This document shows positions 22,351 to 32,786 of a stretch of 64,000 nt of DNA, piece by piece. This stretch comes from Verrucomicrobiota bacterium (GTDB lineage Bacteria; Verrucomicrobiota; Verrucomicrobiia; Limisphaerales; AAA164-E04). The notes beneath the pieces are model-generated. The model did not search any database. It worked only from the letters and a program-made list of their open reading frames with translations, and was not told the origin of the DNA. Location of the stretch: assembly GCA_047947115.1 (NCBI GenBank), contig CP170459.1, positions 3,168,001-3,232,000 on the forward strand, in the 5' to 3' direction. The translations under genes were made by a program, and so were the position numbers. Every line of letters begins with the position of its first letter. The stretch's first letter is position 1.

Positions 22351-25128
22351 TTATCGTGATGTCTGAACTCTTAAAATTCCCTGCATGGCCATCCAATGTC
22401 CGGGAAAGGTGCAGATGTAGGGGTAATCACCCGGTGTCTCGGGCGCCCTAAAATGGAGGGTATGTGTTTTACCGGGATTGACTATGGGAATGAACTGCAA
22501 CACTTCCGTCAGTTCGGGAACGTAGCTTTTTTCACCGGCTTTGGGATCGTTCAACATCTTGAATGACGCCTCTCCAACGCTGCGCGTCGAGCCCTGTTTT
22601 ACGATGACCAGATTGTGCGGCATGACATCGGTGTTGTTCAGGGTCAGAGCCAGGGCTTCACCGGGTTTTGCAACGAGTAATTTCTGCTTGTATTGAAGAC
22701 CTCCGATGGCATCCACGACGAGCTGGCGTTCATTCGTCTCTGCAGTACCTGATTGATGGTCGTCCGAAGTCGATGCTTCTTCTCGAGCTACTCTCAAGGC
22801 AATGGCCGTGGGTTTTCCAACCCGGGCGGGCTCAAGTCCGGTGGCATCAAAATGCGGGCCGGGATACATGGGGGAGGCGAACAGGTCTGTTTTAAATGCC
22901 TTCCCTTCAATGGAGGTCAAATGCATGCGGATGTGAAGTTGCATCACGGGGCGCATGGTTGGCATTTCCACAAACAGTGAACTTCCATCTCCGAGCAGGG
23001 TGACCGAACGGATGGAAACAGGGTCATGTCCGAGTGATTCCGGATGGTTCGGCGAAAATTCGGGAGATCCGTAGCGGTTGGCGTATTCGTAGTTCCACCC
23101 ATGCGCAAAAAAACTGCCCAAATCACCCCGGGTGTTCGGATCCAGTTTGGTGGTGAAGTCAATGCGGATTCCATTCCTTTGTACCCGGAATCCCTTGGGT
23201 TTGTAAACCGGGTTGCCTGTGTATCGGACCCGGTGAAAACAACCGTCCTTGGTGGAGTAATCACCCCAGCCATCCAGCCCCACCACATAAAGTTGTCCAT
23301 CCTTGGGATGAAACGCCCCGCGCATTGACCCGGCCAGAAACTCTCCTTCAAGCGGCACAACTGCCCCTTGCGGTCTGCCACCCGTTGCGTCGCGCAGGAT
23401 CAGGTAATGAATGCCGGAGCCGTAACTCAAACCGATATGGGAACCTTGAAAGGGTCCCCAACGATTGCTTGTGACCTCAAGCATGCCACCGGTGGAATTG
23501 TCCACTCCTCGTGGGATGAAGCACAAGGGCGCGGCAATGGTGCCTCTCCTGCCGTTGCTGTCGGGTAGTCCGTAAAACTCGCCCTGATTCACCTCGATGA
23601 TGGCTGAAGCTGGCGTCCAGGTGCCTTCCTGTGGGGCAACCCAGAAGTAGTCGTCCGATCCACCGATTCCCATGCAGTTTCTCACACCCCAACCTTTTTC
23701 GGTGGTGACGCGATCGGGGCCGGTGCGCAGGATGTTTTCGCGTTGAGTAAAATGGAAGGAGCCATCCGCCGTCCGATGCAGACCGAAGGTGTGGGAATGA
23801 CTGCGATTGTAACCTCCGAAATCATGCGCGTAGTTTTCGTAGAAATCGGCTTCTCCATCGTTGTTGGTGTCATGAAGACGATAGATCTGCCCACGGTCGA
23901 GAACGAAGATGCCGTCTTCATCAATGTGGATCCCGATCGGCTGGTTCAATCCGGTGGCGAAACGTTGCCAGGTGACCTGTTTCAAATCTTCCGTGATACC
24001 GGATATCAGCCAGATATCCCCGGGCAATGTGCAGACCAATGCATCTCCATTCGGAAGGAAATCGATGCCGCTGATTTGCATGACAGTTTGATAAGGGTTG
24101 TCATAAGGCACATTCAATGTGTCGACCACGTATGCAGTATCTGCTCCTGGATTGGCCACGGTTCCCGGAACTTTCAACGTTTCCGGCCAACGCCTGGTCA
24201 GTTTGCGAGGCATTTTGAGGTGGTCCAATGCAGGCTTTGTTTGTCTGGGAGCGGGAGTTTTACTGATGCTCAGGATGACAAAGGAGTCCTCCCTGGTATC
24301 GGTTAAATGAATGTGACCGTTCTTCCATTTCGCGCCGCTGACTCGATGCGTGGTTGGAAATTGAACCTCGAATCCCTCTCCAACCGGGCAGGGGATTTGG
24401 AGGGTGCTGGTTGCTTTTTTAATGTCAATCCTGCGGAAAAAAGTGTCGGAAGCGGCCCAAGGCTCGTCACCTATGGGAATGTCATTGATGGTGTAATTAA
24501 AAACTACCCGTTTTCCGTAACGATGAAATCCGTGATAAACGCTTCCCGCTGGCATATCGGCTTCCGGAACAATAAACCAAGGTTTCCCTTGGAGTTGAGC
24601 ATTGCGTGATGTGCCCCACCGGAATGGATCAAACTGAACGAACCCATCTTCCCATACTGCCCGATAGGTCAAACTCATCGGATCAAAACAGGCCGACAGT
24701 TCACGTTGTTCGCCCAAACGGAGGCTGATACCTTTCAACACAACCAGATCCTCTGCGCGGAAAACTTGAGTAACAACTTCACCCATTTCAATCTCGTTCC
24801 AACGTCCGTCACCGTAGTTGTTTTGGTTGTGTTTGCCCCAGTGCCCATGCTGTCCGGCGTCCAAACCCGGGTATGCTGGGAGTATCTCCGGCATCTCATC
24901 GGGATGTTCCATGTAGTAGTCGGCCTGACGCTGATAGAAATCGTAGAGCCGGGCTTCGTTGACGGTTTCAGTTGAGAGCTGGTAGGACTCTCTTCCAAGC
25001 GCTGGATTTGCATAGGGGTGTTTGGAAGGCGTGGCAAGGTTGCTTTCCTGTGCCTGTGTGGCCGGTATGCTTATCAGAACAAATGCCGCCAAACACTTTG
25101 AAATGGAATGATGAAAACGAAATCTCAT
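22351..25128 (-). CDS. Secreted beta-propeller (glucose/sorbosone dehydrogenase-like, DUF6797-type) protein with C-terminal azurin/auracyanin-like blue-copper domain
   Basis: Signal peptide; propeller motifs (GDIWLISG, RFATGLNQPIG, D.N.DG.AD.YE); type-1 Cu ligands MPHN...YICTFPGHWMAM at the C-terminus. Confidence 0.8.
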   Translation of the reverse strand: MRFRFHHSISKCLAAFVLISIPATQAQESNLATPSKHPYANPALGRESYQLSTETVNEARLYDFYQRQADYYMEHPDEMPEILPAYPGLDAGQHGHWGKHNQNNYGDGRWNEIEMGEVVTQVFRAEDLVVLKGISLRLGEQRELSACFDPMSLTYRAVWEDGFVQFDPFRWGTSRNAQLQGKPWFIVPEADMPAGSVYHGFHRYGKRVVFNYTINDIPIGDEPWAASDTFFRRIDIKKATSTLQIPCPVGEGFEVQFPTTHRVSGAKWKNGHIHLTDTREDSFVILSISKTPAPRQTKPALDHLKMPRKLTRRWPETLKVPGTVANPGADTAYVVDTLNVPYDNPYQTVMQISGIDFLPNGDALVCTLPGDIWLISGITEDLKQVTWQRFATGLNQPIGIHIDEDGIFVLDRGQIYRLHDTNNDGEADFYENYAHDFGGYNRSHSHTFGLHRTADGSFHFTQRENILRTGPDRVTTEKGWGVRNCMGIGGSDDYFWVAPQEGTWTPASAIIEVNQGEFYGLPDSNGRRGTIAAPLCFIPRGVDNSTGGMLEVTSNRWGPFQGSHIGLSYGSGIHYLILRDATGGRPQGAVVPLEGEFLAGSMRGAFHPKDGQLYVVGLDGWGDYSTKDGCFHRVRYTGNPVYKPKGFRVQRNGIRIDFTTKLDPNTRGDLGSFFAHGWNYEYANRYGSPEFSPNHPESLGHDPVSIRSVTLLGDGSSLFVEMPTMRPVMQLHIRMHLTSIEGKAFKTDLFASPMYPGPHFDATGLEPARVGKPTAIALRVAREEASTSDDHQSGTAETNERQLVVDAIGGLQYKQKLLVAKPGEALALTLNNTDVMPHNLVIVKQGSTRSVGEASFKMLNDPKAGEKSYVPELTEVLQFIPIVNPGKTHTLHFRAPETPGDYPYICTFPGHWMAMQGILRVQTSR

Positions 25129-25142
25129 GGATAGCCCCTAGT

Positions 25143-26579
25143 CTACGGGGTTTCATCCATTGGTTCCAGCGGAATGAGGTGGTGTTTTCGTAACAGAGAA
25201 TCTATCCTGGAAAAAGAGTGTTCTTCGAATCTCTCCTTTGCCAGCGGCAGATTATCAAGCAACTGCGCTGCATGCTCGTTGTGTTGGGCTATTCGCTGCA
25301 GGAAACGCGCGCGATCTTTTGACATGTTGATCATTCCTTTCGACTGTTTGTCCCGTTTTTCTGCAAAAAGAGGAAGCATATCCCCAAAAAGTTCCTCCAA
25401 ATAAGCCCAGACTTTTTCATCTTTCGGGTTTTGTTCCAGTAAGAGAGCCATCGCTGTGATGTCCCGGTTTCGCACCGAAAAGAATCCAAATTCATTTTCG
25501 AACGGTGAGAAGGTCAGTAATAGATGGAGTTTTGGAATGAATGGGGACAGATCCGCATTACGCAGTCGAAGTAATTCGATCATCTGCAGGTACTCGTCAG
25601 GCTTTTTGCTGCTTTGAACGAGTTCGGTTAATACCTGATGCAAGGTGGAGATCGAGTATGGCCAGGCACGCAAGATGTCAAGGCAGCGGGTATGGCTGGA
25701 TTCAACGTCGGTTTTTACGAGCTCGATCAGTCTTTCTTGGTGAGATGTTTCTTCAGGGTATCCATGAACCAGGGCGAGGTGCACCTGGATGGCGAGTCTA
25801 GGTTCAGGAGAACTTTTTAATTCTATCAAACGCTGCTTTATTTCAGGAGAGTCCGAAGCGTATTTCGCCAAAATATGGAAATACTCCTAGTTTTTAATGT
25901 TTAAATGCACCGGATCTACCAATCCCGGATAACAAATGCGAGCCTGTTCAGGACGGATGTTCTTCATGGTTTTAACTGCCCAAAACCGGGGTCCGGCATC
26001 GGCGTGAGTTAAAAAAGGTACGGTTTTTTCGGCGATCAGGTCCTGCCGGTTGGTCACCAAATGGTAGATCCATATCACGGAATTCCGGGTGTCTGGATTG
26101 GAAGACCGCAGTTTTGATTTGGCAAGCATCTCAGCCTGTTCGTAGGAAATTCCCATGGTTGAAAGCAGATAACTTGCTGTCGACGATTTGTTGATTGCTT
26201 CTTGCCGAAAATTCCTCCGCTTGGACCAGGGGATCAAATTGATAACCCTTTGAACAGAGGTGGCAATCAAGTTCGTCCTACCTGATCTGTAAGCTTCGGT
26301 GCAGAGGAATTCGACGCCGGGATCCCCAAAGGTTTGGAACGCTTCGATACATTGCTCCCGGCGTGGAGACACCTGTTGGTCATGGCCTTCCAGTGGAATG
26401 CCATCCGGTCCAGTTTTGTTGGCATAATCGAGCCACCATTCCATGTTATGCCCCTGATAGGTCGGTCCAGATGAATGTTTGAACAACCAGTGTCCGGCAA
26501 AGCCAGCCAGCAACAAAAAGACAAACCAGGTTCCGGTTCGGGTCCAATTTGATTTCAGTCTTTTGAACATGTAGCTCAT
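25143..26579 (-). pseudogene. Membrane-anchored HEAT/helical-repeat-like protein gene interrupted by one in-frame TAG (25887-25889)
   Basis: ORFs 25887..26579 and 25143..25871 are in the same frame: ...HLNIKN*EYFHILAKYASD. An N-terminal TM helix is followed by a GPTYQGHNMEWWL motif like that of Pedosphaera-type HEAT proteins. Confidence 0.7.
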
Positions 26580-27236
26580 TTCAGCGATGCTTGATGGGGA
26601 TATGCGGTAATAGTGACGTCAATGATAAGAGGATGCAATGAAACTTCGCCTCGGCGTGATGCTCTTTTCTTCAAACAACCGGAATTGAATTCCTGAATGC
26701 CTACGGTGAACCCGAGAGTGGTAGCGGGCCGACATCTGGATACTCCGGTTATATGGGATGTCCCATAAATGCGGCGTTATCGGTAAATCCAGACAAAGTG
26801 TCCGGATTATGTGTGTTGATCAGCCTAATCATGGCCGCTTTGGATGTTTGCTGGTGGCCGCTGGAAATTGTGCCCGACACCTTGAGCACCGTTGCGCATG
26901 TTTTTCCGACTGCCCGGGTGATGGATGCTTTAGAGTAAACGAATCACTTTGGGGGAGGTCTCGGCCGAATCGGGACTGAATGGGTGATTCACTTTGGTTT
27001 TGGCGCTATTTCCAATTTGGTTGCCGTCAAATGATTCAAGTTTTCCTGAAATCGCATCAGAGGCCCGCCAAATAAGGCGATTCTGTGACATTTAGCGCCC
27101 ATTCTGCACGGTTTCTTGGTGTTTTTCTTCGCATTATTTTGAAAACAATTGACGCTACCTTCCACGCTTCCATAGATTCTCCTTAGAACATAGTGATTTG
27201 ATTTGAACATATTCATCGAAGATAGACCCTAGGGAT

Positions 27237-28364
27237 ATGAGTAGCGCAGCAACTAAAGGACTTGAAGGAATCGTGGCAGCCCAAACCTACCTCAGCGATG
27301 TGCGGGGTGATGTGGGGGAACTGATCTACAGAGGTTATGACATCAATGAATTGGCCGGTAACGTTGGTTACGAGGAGACGGTCTATTTGCTGCACTACGG
27401 AAAATTGCCGAATCGCACCGAGCTGGATCAGCTCAAGGCGAAACTGGCTGGGTATCGCCAACTTCCTCAAGGGGTTATTGATTTGATTCAATCCCTTCCA
27501 AAAGATACGGTTCCGATGAATGCCCTGCGTACCGGGATTTCCGCGCTTGGATGTTTTGATGTCACCGCAGAGGATAATTCCAAGGAGTCCCTGGAAGAAA
27601 AAGCACTTAAGATCATCGCTCAAATCCCAGTCGTCACCGCGTACTTCCACCTTTACCGGCAGGGAAAACCACTTGTGGAATCCCGCTCTGATCTTGGAGA
27701 GGCTGCCAATTTCCTTTACCTGATCAACGGAGGCAAGGAGGCGGATTCCGAGAGTGTTGATACATTGGACATGTGTTACGTGCTCCACGCGGATCATGGA
27801 ATGAATGCATCAACCTTTGCCTCCCGTGTCACCATAGCCACCTTGTCTGACATTTATTCAGCTATCACCAGTGCCATAGGCACCTTGAAAGGTCCTCTTC
27901 ATGGAGGAGCCAACGAGGCCGTCATCCGAATGTTGCAGGAGATTGGTAGTCCGGAAAATGTGGATACCTACATCCAGGATTGCTTGGATAACAAGAAAAA
28001 GGTGATGGGGATCGGCCACCGGGTTTATAAGGTGCTGGATCCACGCGCTCTGAAGCTGCGTAAAATGGTGCTTAAGATGGGGGAAAAGGTTGCAGATCCA
28101 AAGTGGATTCAAATGAGCGACAAAATCGCCGAAATCATGCTTCACGAAAAGGGCCTGCACGCCAACGTGGATTTCTATTCAGCCAGTGTTTATTACTCCC
28201 TCGACATCCCCATCGATCTGTTCACCCCGATTTTTGCCATCGCCAGAACGTCCGGATGGTCGGCTCACGTGTTGGAGCAGATGGCGGACAACCGATTGAT
28301 CCGTCCTCAAAGTGATTATATCGGGCCGGAAGGACTGACGGTGACACCGATTGACGAGAGATAA
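27237..28364 (+). CDS. gltA: Citrate synthase (short type; 2-methylcitrate synthase not excluded)
   Basis: KGLEGI, LIYRGY, HADHGMNASTF, GPLHGGANE, GIGHRVY and NVDFYS motifs. Confidence 0.92.
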   Translation: MSSAATKGLEGIVAAQTYLSDVRGDVGELIYRGYDINELAGNVGYEETVYLLHYGKLPNRTELDQLKAKLAGYRQLPQGVIDLIQSLPKDTVPMNALRTGISALGCFDVTAEDNSKESLEEKALKIIAQIPVVTAYFHLYRQGKPLVESRSDLGEAANFLYLINGGKEADSESVDTLDMCYVLHADHGMNASTFASRVTIATLSDIYSAITSAIGTLKGPLHGGANEAVIRMLQEIGSPENVDTYIQDCLDNKKKVMGIGHRVYKVLDPRALKLRKMVLKMGEKVADPKWIQMSDKIAEIMLHEKGLHANVDFYSASVYYSLDIPIDLFTPIFAIARTSGWSAHVLEQMADNRLIRPQSDYIGPEGLTVTPIDER

Positions 28365-28456
28365 TCCTGTTCATGTCCCTGGTTCAAACGAATGCTTTTT
28401 TGGGTGGTTCCCGGAATGGAATCCCCTCCACCTATTGATTTTTATCGACTAACTCC

Positions 28457-29656
28457 ATGAATATCCACGAATACCAAGCCAAAGAATTACTCGCACGACA
28501 CGGGGTGAATGTCCCCTCCGGTCAGCCCTGCAAATCTATCGAAGAAGCCGAGCAGGCGGCGCGCACATTATTTGACGCAGGTCAAACAATGGTGGTCATC
28601 AAGTCACAAATCCACGCTGGCGGCCGTGGGAAGGGAACATTCAAGAGTGGATTCAAGGGCGGTGTCCATTTGTGCAAGTCCGTGGAGGATGTCGTGGAAA
28701 AGGCCAAAGCCATGCTGGGGCAGGTATTGGTGACCAAACAAACCGGTCCCGAAGGGCGCGAAGTAAAGACTCTCCTCGTGGCCAGTGCCGAAAAAATCGT
28801 CAAAGAACTTTATCTGGCGGTGTTGCTTGATCGCAATTCGTCCCGACCGATTGTCATGGCCAGCACAGAAGGTGGCATGGATATTGAAGAGGTTGCCGAA
28901 AAGACACCCGAAAAGATTGTCAAAGAAACGGTCGATCCTTCCATGGGATTGTTGCCTTACCAGGCCAGAAAGATTGCCGCTGCTTTGGAACTGCCTTCTG
29001 AGCTCATCGGACAAGCTGCCAAGTTGTTGATGGGGGTTTATCAGACTTTTTGGAAATGCGATGCCTCCATGGTGGAAATCAATCCGCTTTGTATTGTGGA
29101 AAACGTGGATGGAACTCATGGCATCGCCGCGGTTGATGCCAAGATCTCCCTCGACGACAACGCGCTCTACCGCCACAAGGACATCGTGGAGATGCGGGAT
29201 CTGGGTGAGGAAGCCCCGCTTGAGATCGAAGCAGGCAAGTATGACCTGAATTACATCAAACTGGATGGCAACATTGCCTGTCTGGTGAACGGTGCGGGTT
29301 TGGCCATGGCGACCATGGACATCATTAAACATTTCGGAGGAGATCCCGCCAACTTCCTGGATGTCGGAGGTGGTGCCACGCGTGAACAAGTGACCGCTGC
29401 ATTCCGGATCATTTTAAGTGATCCCAATGTGAAAGGGATTCTGGTCAATATCTTTGGTGGTATCATGCAGTGTGATGTCATTGCCGAAGGAGTGGTTGCT
29501 GCGGCAAAGGAAACCAATCTTTCCATTCCTCTGGTTGTGCGGCTGGAAGGAAACAACGTGGAAATTGGCAAAAAGATTCTAAATGAATCCGGACTCCAAC
29601 TGATCAGTGGCGATACCATGGCGGATGCCGCTCAGAAAATCGTAGCCGCCGTTTAA
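28457..29656 (+). CDS. sucC: Succinate-CoA ligase beta subunit
   Basis: [41 protein letters not shown] and VNIFGGI motifs. Confidence 0.97.
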   Translation: MNIHEYQAKELLARHGVNVPSGQPCKSIEEAEQAARTLFDAGQTMVVIKSQIHAGGRGKGTFKSGFKGGVHLCKSVEDVVEKAKAMLGQVLVTKQTGPEGREVKTLLVASAEKIVKELYLAVLLDRNSSRPIVMASTEGGMDIEEVAEKTPEKIVKETVDPSMGLLPYQARKIAAALELPSELIGQAAKLLMGVYQTFWKCDASMVEINPLCIVENVDGTHGIAAVDAKISLDDNALYRHKDIVEMRDLGEEAPLEIEAGKYDLNYIKLDGNIACLVNGAGLAMATMDIIKHFGGDPANFLDVGGGATREQVTAAFRIILSDPNVKGILVNIFGGIMQCDVIAEGVVAAAKETNLSIPLVVRLEGNNVEIGKKILNESGLQLISGDTMADAAQKIVAAV

Positions 29657-29706
29657 TCCTGAAATCACGCAAACTGAACAATCAATTTCCAAACAAGATC
29701 TGACTT

Positions 29707-30597
29707 ATGGCAATTTTAGTGACCCCCGAGACAAAGGTATTGGTACAAGGAATCACAGGTGGATTTGGCGGACGACATGCCAAGCTGAGCCTGGATTACG
29801 GTTCCCAAATTGTGGCAGGTGTGACTCCCGGCAAGGGTGGACAGAAGTTCGAAGACAATGTGCCTGTTTTTGACACCGTCCATCAGGCGGTCGCCGAAAC
29901 CGGTGCCACGACTTCGGCCATTTTCGTTCCGCCACCATTCGCCGCAGATGCCATTCTTGAAGGAGTGGATGCAGGGCTCGACCTGGTGGTCTGTATCACC
30001 GAAGGCATTCCTGTCAACGACATGGTCAAGGTGAAGCGCGCCCTTCAGGGTAGCAAAACACGTTTGATCGGTCCAAACTGTCCGGGTATTGTGACCCCCG
30101 GTGAAGGAGAGGGTTCCAGTGGTGGATGTCGTATCGGAATCGCACCTGGTTACATTCATAAAAAGGGGAACGTCGGCGTGGTATCTCGCAGTGGCACACT
30201 GACTTACGAGGCCGTTTGGCAGTTGACCTGTCGCGGCGTCGGTCAGTCGACTTGCGTGGGAATCGGTGGTGATCCTGTCAATGGGACTTCGCATCTGGAC
30301 GTCATTAAAATGTTCAATGAAGATCCCGATACACACGGTATCATCATGATTGGTGAAATCGGGGGTTCGGCTGAGGAGGAGGCCGCCGCCTGGATTCGGG
30401 ACCATTGCAAAAAACCAGTTGCCGGATTCATTGCCGGAACCACAGCGCCTCCCGGACGCCGCATGGGGCATGCAGGAGCCATTGTCAGCGGAGGCAAAGG
30501 AACAGCGGAAGCCAAGATTGCCGCATTCCGCGAGGCTGGTATCCAAGTTGCTGAAACACCATCCGAAATGGCCGATGTGCTGTTGAAAATCATGTAA
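29707..30597 (+). CDS. sucD: Succinate-CoA ligase alpha subunit
   Basis: [30 protein letters not shown] and RMGHAGA (phospho-His) motifs. Confidence 0.97.
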   Translation: MAILVTPETKVLVQGITGGFGGRHAKLSLDYGSQIVAGVTPGKGGQKFEDNVPVFDTVHQAVAETGATTSAIFVPPPFAADAILEGVDAGLDLVVCITEGIPVNDMVKVKRALQGSKTRLIGPNCPGIVTPGEGEGSSGGCRIGIAPGYIHKKGNVGVVSRSGTLTYEAVWQLTCRGVGQSTCVGIGGDPVNGTSHLDVIKMFNEDPDTHGIIMIGEIGGSAEEEAAAWIRDHCKKPVAGFIAGTTAPPGRRMGHAGAIVSGGKGTAEAKIAAFREAGIQVAETPSEMADVLLKIM

Positions 30598-30759
30598 GCC
30601 GTTAGGTTCGCCTGATGAAGCGGGACTTAAGGGCCGCGGGCACGCTGAACCGATAGGTGTGGTTGCCAGTGGGCCGTGAAACCGATCAGATTCAATACTT
30701 CTGAAAGGTTCCCTGGATTTGGCTTGGAATCCATCTATGAAGTGCCAGCTCTTCCATTC

Positions 30760-31446
30760 ATGAATGTTGCCATCATTGTCGCAGCCGGAAAAGGGACCCG
30801 CATGGGAAGGGATAAACTGTGGATGGAGGTTCACGGCGTCCCCATTGTGGGTCATACCTGGCGCACGTTTGATCGTTCTGAAGTGATTGATCAGGTAGTT
30901 CTGGTGGTGAGGGAAGAAAGCCAGCAGGCATTCAGGGATCTGGCTGAGCAGATCCAGGTACAAAAGCCATTTCACTTTGCTCCAGGCGGCAGTGAAAGGC
31001 AGGATTCGGTTTGGAATGGCTTGCAGTGTTGCCCGGAGGATTGTGACTTGGTAGCGATCCAGGATGCCGCACGCCCCTGTACTCATCCGAGTCATATTCG
31101 AGCTTGTATCGAGGCGGGTGGTAAATATGGTGCTGTGGTTGCTGCGCAAAAAGTCACCGATACACTGAAACGTGTGGGCGGTGGTTTGACGATTCAATCC
31201 ACCGTGGATCGTGAAGGATTATGGTCCGTGCAAACGCCTCAAGTATTTCGAGTTGATGTGATTCGGAAGGCGATGCAATCCGTTCGAGATCAAGGATTGA
31301 TTGTGACCGATGACACGGCGGCTTGCGAGTCAATCGGGTGCTCCGTCAAAGTGGTCTCTGGGGATCATCCAAACCCAAAAGTGACGTATCCGGGTGATTT
31401 GCCATACATCAGTTGGTTGCTTGCCAATTTGGACGGCGGTGTTTAG
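30760..31446 (+). CDS. ispD: 2-C-methyl-D-erythritol 4-phosphate cytidylyltransferase
   Basis: AIIVAAGKGTRMG, GGSERQDSV, IQDAARP, VQTPQVF, TDD and KVTYP motifs; start placed at ATG 30760. Confidence 0.95.
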   Translation: MNVAIIVAAGKGTRMGRDKLWMEVHGVPIVGHTWRTFDRSEVIDQVVLVVREESQQAFRDLAEQIQVQKPFHFAPGGSERQDSVWNGLQCCPEDCDLVAIQDAARPCTHPSHIRACIEAGGKYGAVVAAQKVTDTLKRVGGGLTIQSTVDREGLWSVQTPQVFRVDVIRKAMQSVRDQGLIVTDDTAACESIGCSVKVVSGDHPNPKVTYPGDLPYISWLLANLDGGV

Positions 31447-31490
31447 ATTTCCCGCCGATCGGTCGTGGATGTTTGATACCCATCGATATC

Positions 31491-32786
31491 ATGAGAAAGA
31501 AGCTCATCTATTCCTCAATTCTTGTTCTGCTCGGCGTCAATGTGACGGTGGGGCTTTTGCTTTATCTGGAAACGGCCCGTGCCTCATCGGGAGACGATCC
31601 TTTCGAGAACTTCGAGTTATTCGCCAGAGTGGTTGAGCGCGTGCGTTCGGATTACGTTGAAGGTCATAAGCTTACCTATCGCGAGTTGATCGAAAGCGCT
31701 TTAAAGGGAATGCTGGGATCTCTGGATCCACATAGCGAGTTCATGGAACCCGTCCAATATGATGAGCTTAAAAAGGATACGGAAGGCGCTTTTGGCGGGG
31801 TAGGGATCGTGGTGACCATGGAGGAAAACAAGAGTTACCTGACGGTTGTATCACCCATGGCCGATACGCCAGCCTATCGAGCAGGTATTATTTCGGGCGA
31901 CCGCATTGTCAAAATTGATCAGCGCAGTACTGAAGGAATCAGCTTGCAGCAAGCTGTTGAACGGCTGCGCGGCGAACCGGGGACCGAAGTCACCATCACG
32001 GTCTATCGTCCTTCGAGTGAAAAATCCCGCGATGTGGTGCTTGAGCGAGCCATTATCAAGGTGGATACCGTTAAGGACTTGTCTGGTGAGAATACCTTTG
32101 AACTGGATGATTACAAAATTGGCTACGTCTGGTTGACCCAGTTCGGGGAGCAAACCGGTCGTGATTTGCGCCGCTCTCTTGACCGAATGTTGTCCGATGG
32201 CATGCGTGGCCTGATTCTGGATCTTCGAGGGAACCCTGGCGGATTGCTGGATCAAGCTGTGGAAGTGTGTGAACAATTTCTTCCATCCGGTCAGCTCGTC
32301 GTTTTCACTCAAGGACAAACGGAGCACATGCGCAGCGAACATTTTGCCGGTTCCAAAAATCCGATTCTGGATCTGCCGATCGTGGTTCTCGTGAACAACG
32401 GCAGTGCCAGCGCTTCAGAAATTGTGTCCGGATGTCTGCAGGATCTGGGGCGTGCGGTCATTTTGGGAGAACAGACATTCGGGAAAGGTTCCGTGCAAAG
32501 CATCTTTCCGGTATCCGGCGGATGGGCACTGCGATTGACGACAGCAAAATATTACACCCCCAGCGAGAAGGTGATTCATGGAAAGGGGATCACACCCGAC
32601 ATCCTGGTCCCTGTCTCAAATGAAGATCTCGAAGCTCTCTTTTATAAGCGCACTCCAGGTGGTGTGGACGGATTGCTGCATCTCTCAGAAGAGGAGCGAG
32701 AGCGCATTCGGTCCACCATGGACGTTCAACTGGAGCGTGCGCGTGATCTGTTGCGAGGTGTTTTCCTGATGGAAGACCGTTCATGA
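31491..32786 (+). CDS. ctpA: S41 carboxyl-terminal processing protease (PDZ plus S41)
   Basis: LDPHS, FGGVGI, LDLRGNPGGLL, SASASEI, TFGKGSVQ and LTTAKYYTPS motifs; N-terminal TM; start placed at ATG 31491. Confidence 0.9.
   Translation: MRKKLIYSSILVLLGVNVTVGLLLYLETARASSGDDPFENFELFARVVERVRSDYVEGHKLTYRELIESALKGMLGSLDPHSEFMEPVQYDELKKDTEGAFGGVGIVVTMEENKSYLTVVSPMADTPAYRAGIISGDRIVKIDQRSTEGISLQQAVERLRGEPGTEVTITVYRPSSEKSRDVVLERAIIKVDTVKDLSGENTFELDDYKIGYVWLTQFGEQTGRDLRRSLDRMLSDGMRGLILDLRGNPGGLLDQAVEVCEQFLPSGQLVVFTQGQTEHMRSEHFAGSKNPILDLPIVVLVNNGSASASEIVSGCLQDLGRAVILGEQTFGKGSVQSIFPVSGGWALRLTTAKYYTPSEKVIHGKGITPDILVPVSNEDLEALFYKRTPGGVDGLLHLSEEERERIRSTMDVQLERARDLLRGVFLMEDRS

Noticed and set aside
25887..25889. 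Pyrrolysine or genome-wide TAG recoding
   Set aside because: TAG terminates conserved genes normally in this window, and no pyl genes are seen.
30610..30690. Hammerhead ribozyme or riboswitch (CTGATGA...GAAAC) after sucD
   Set aside because: Stem II does not close properly next to the core motifs, and I could not build stems I/III. An Infernal scan would settle it.
29716..31197. 493-aa minus-strand ORF
   Set aside because: Lies mostly antisense to sucD and ispD, with no recognisable motifs.
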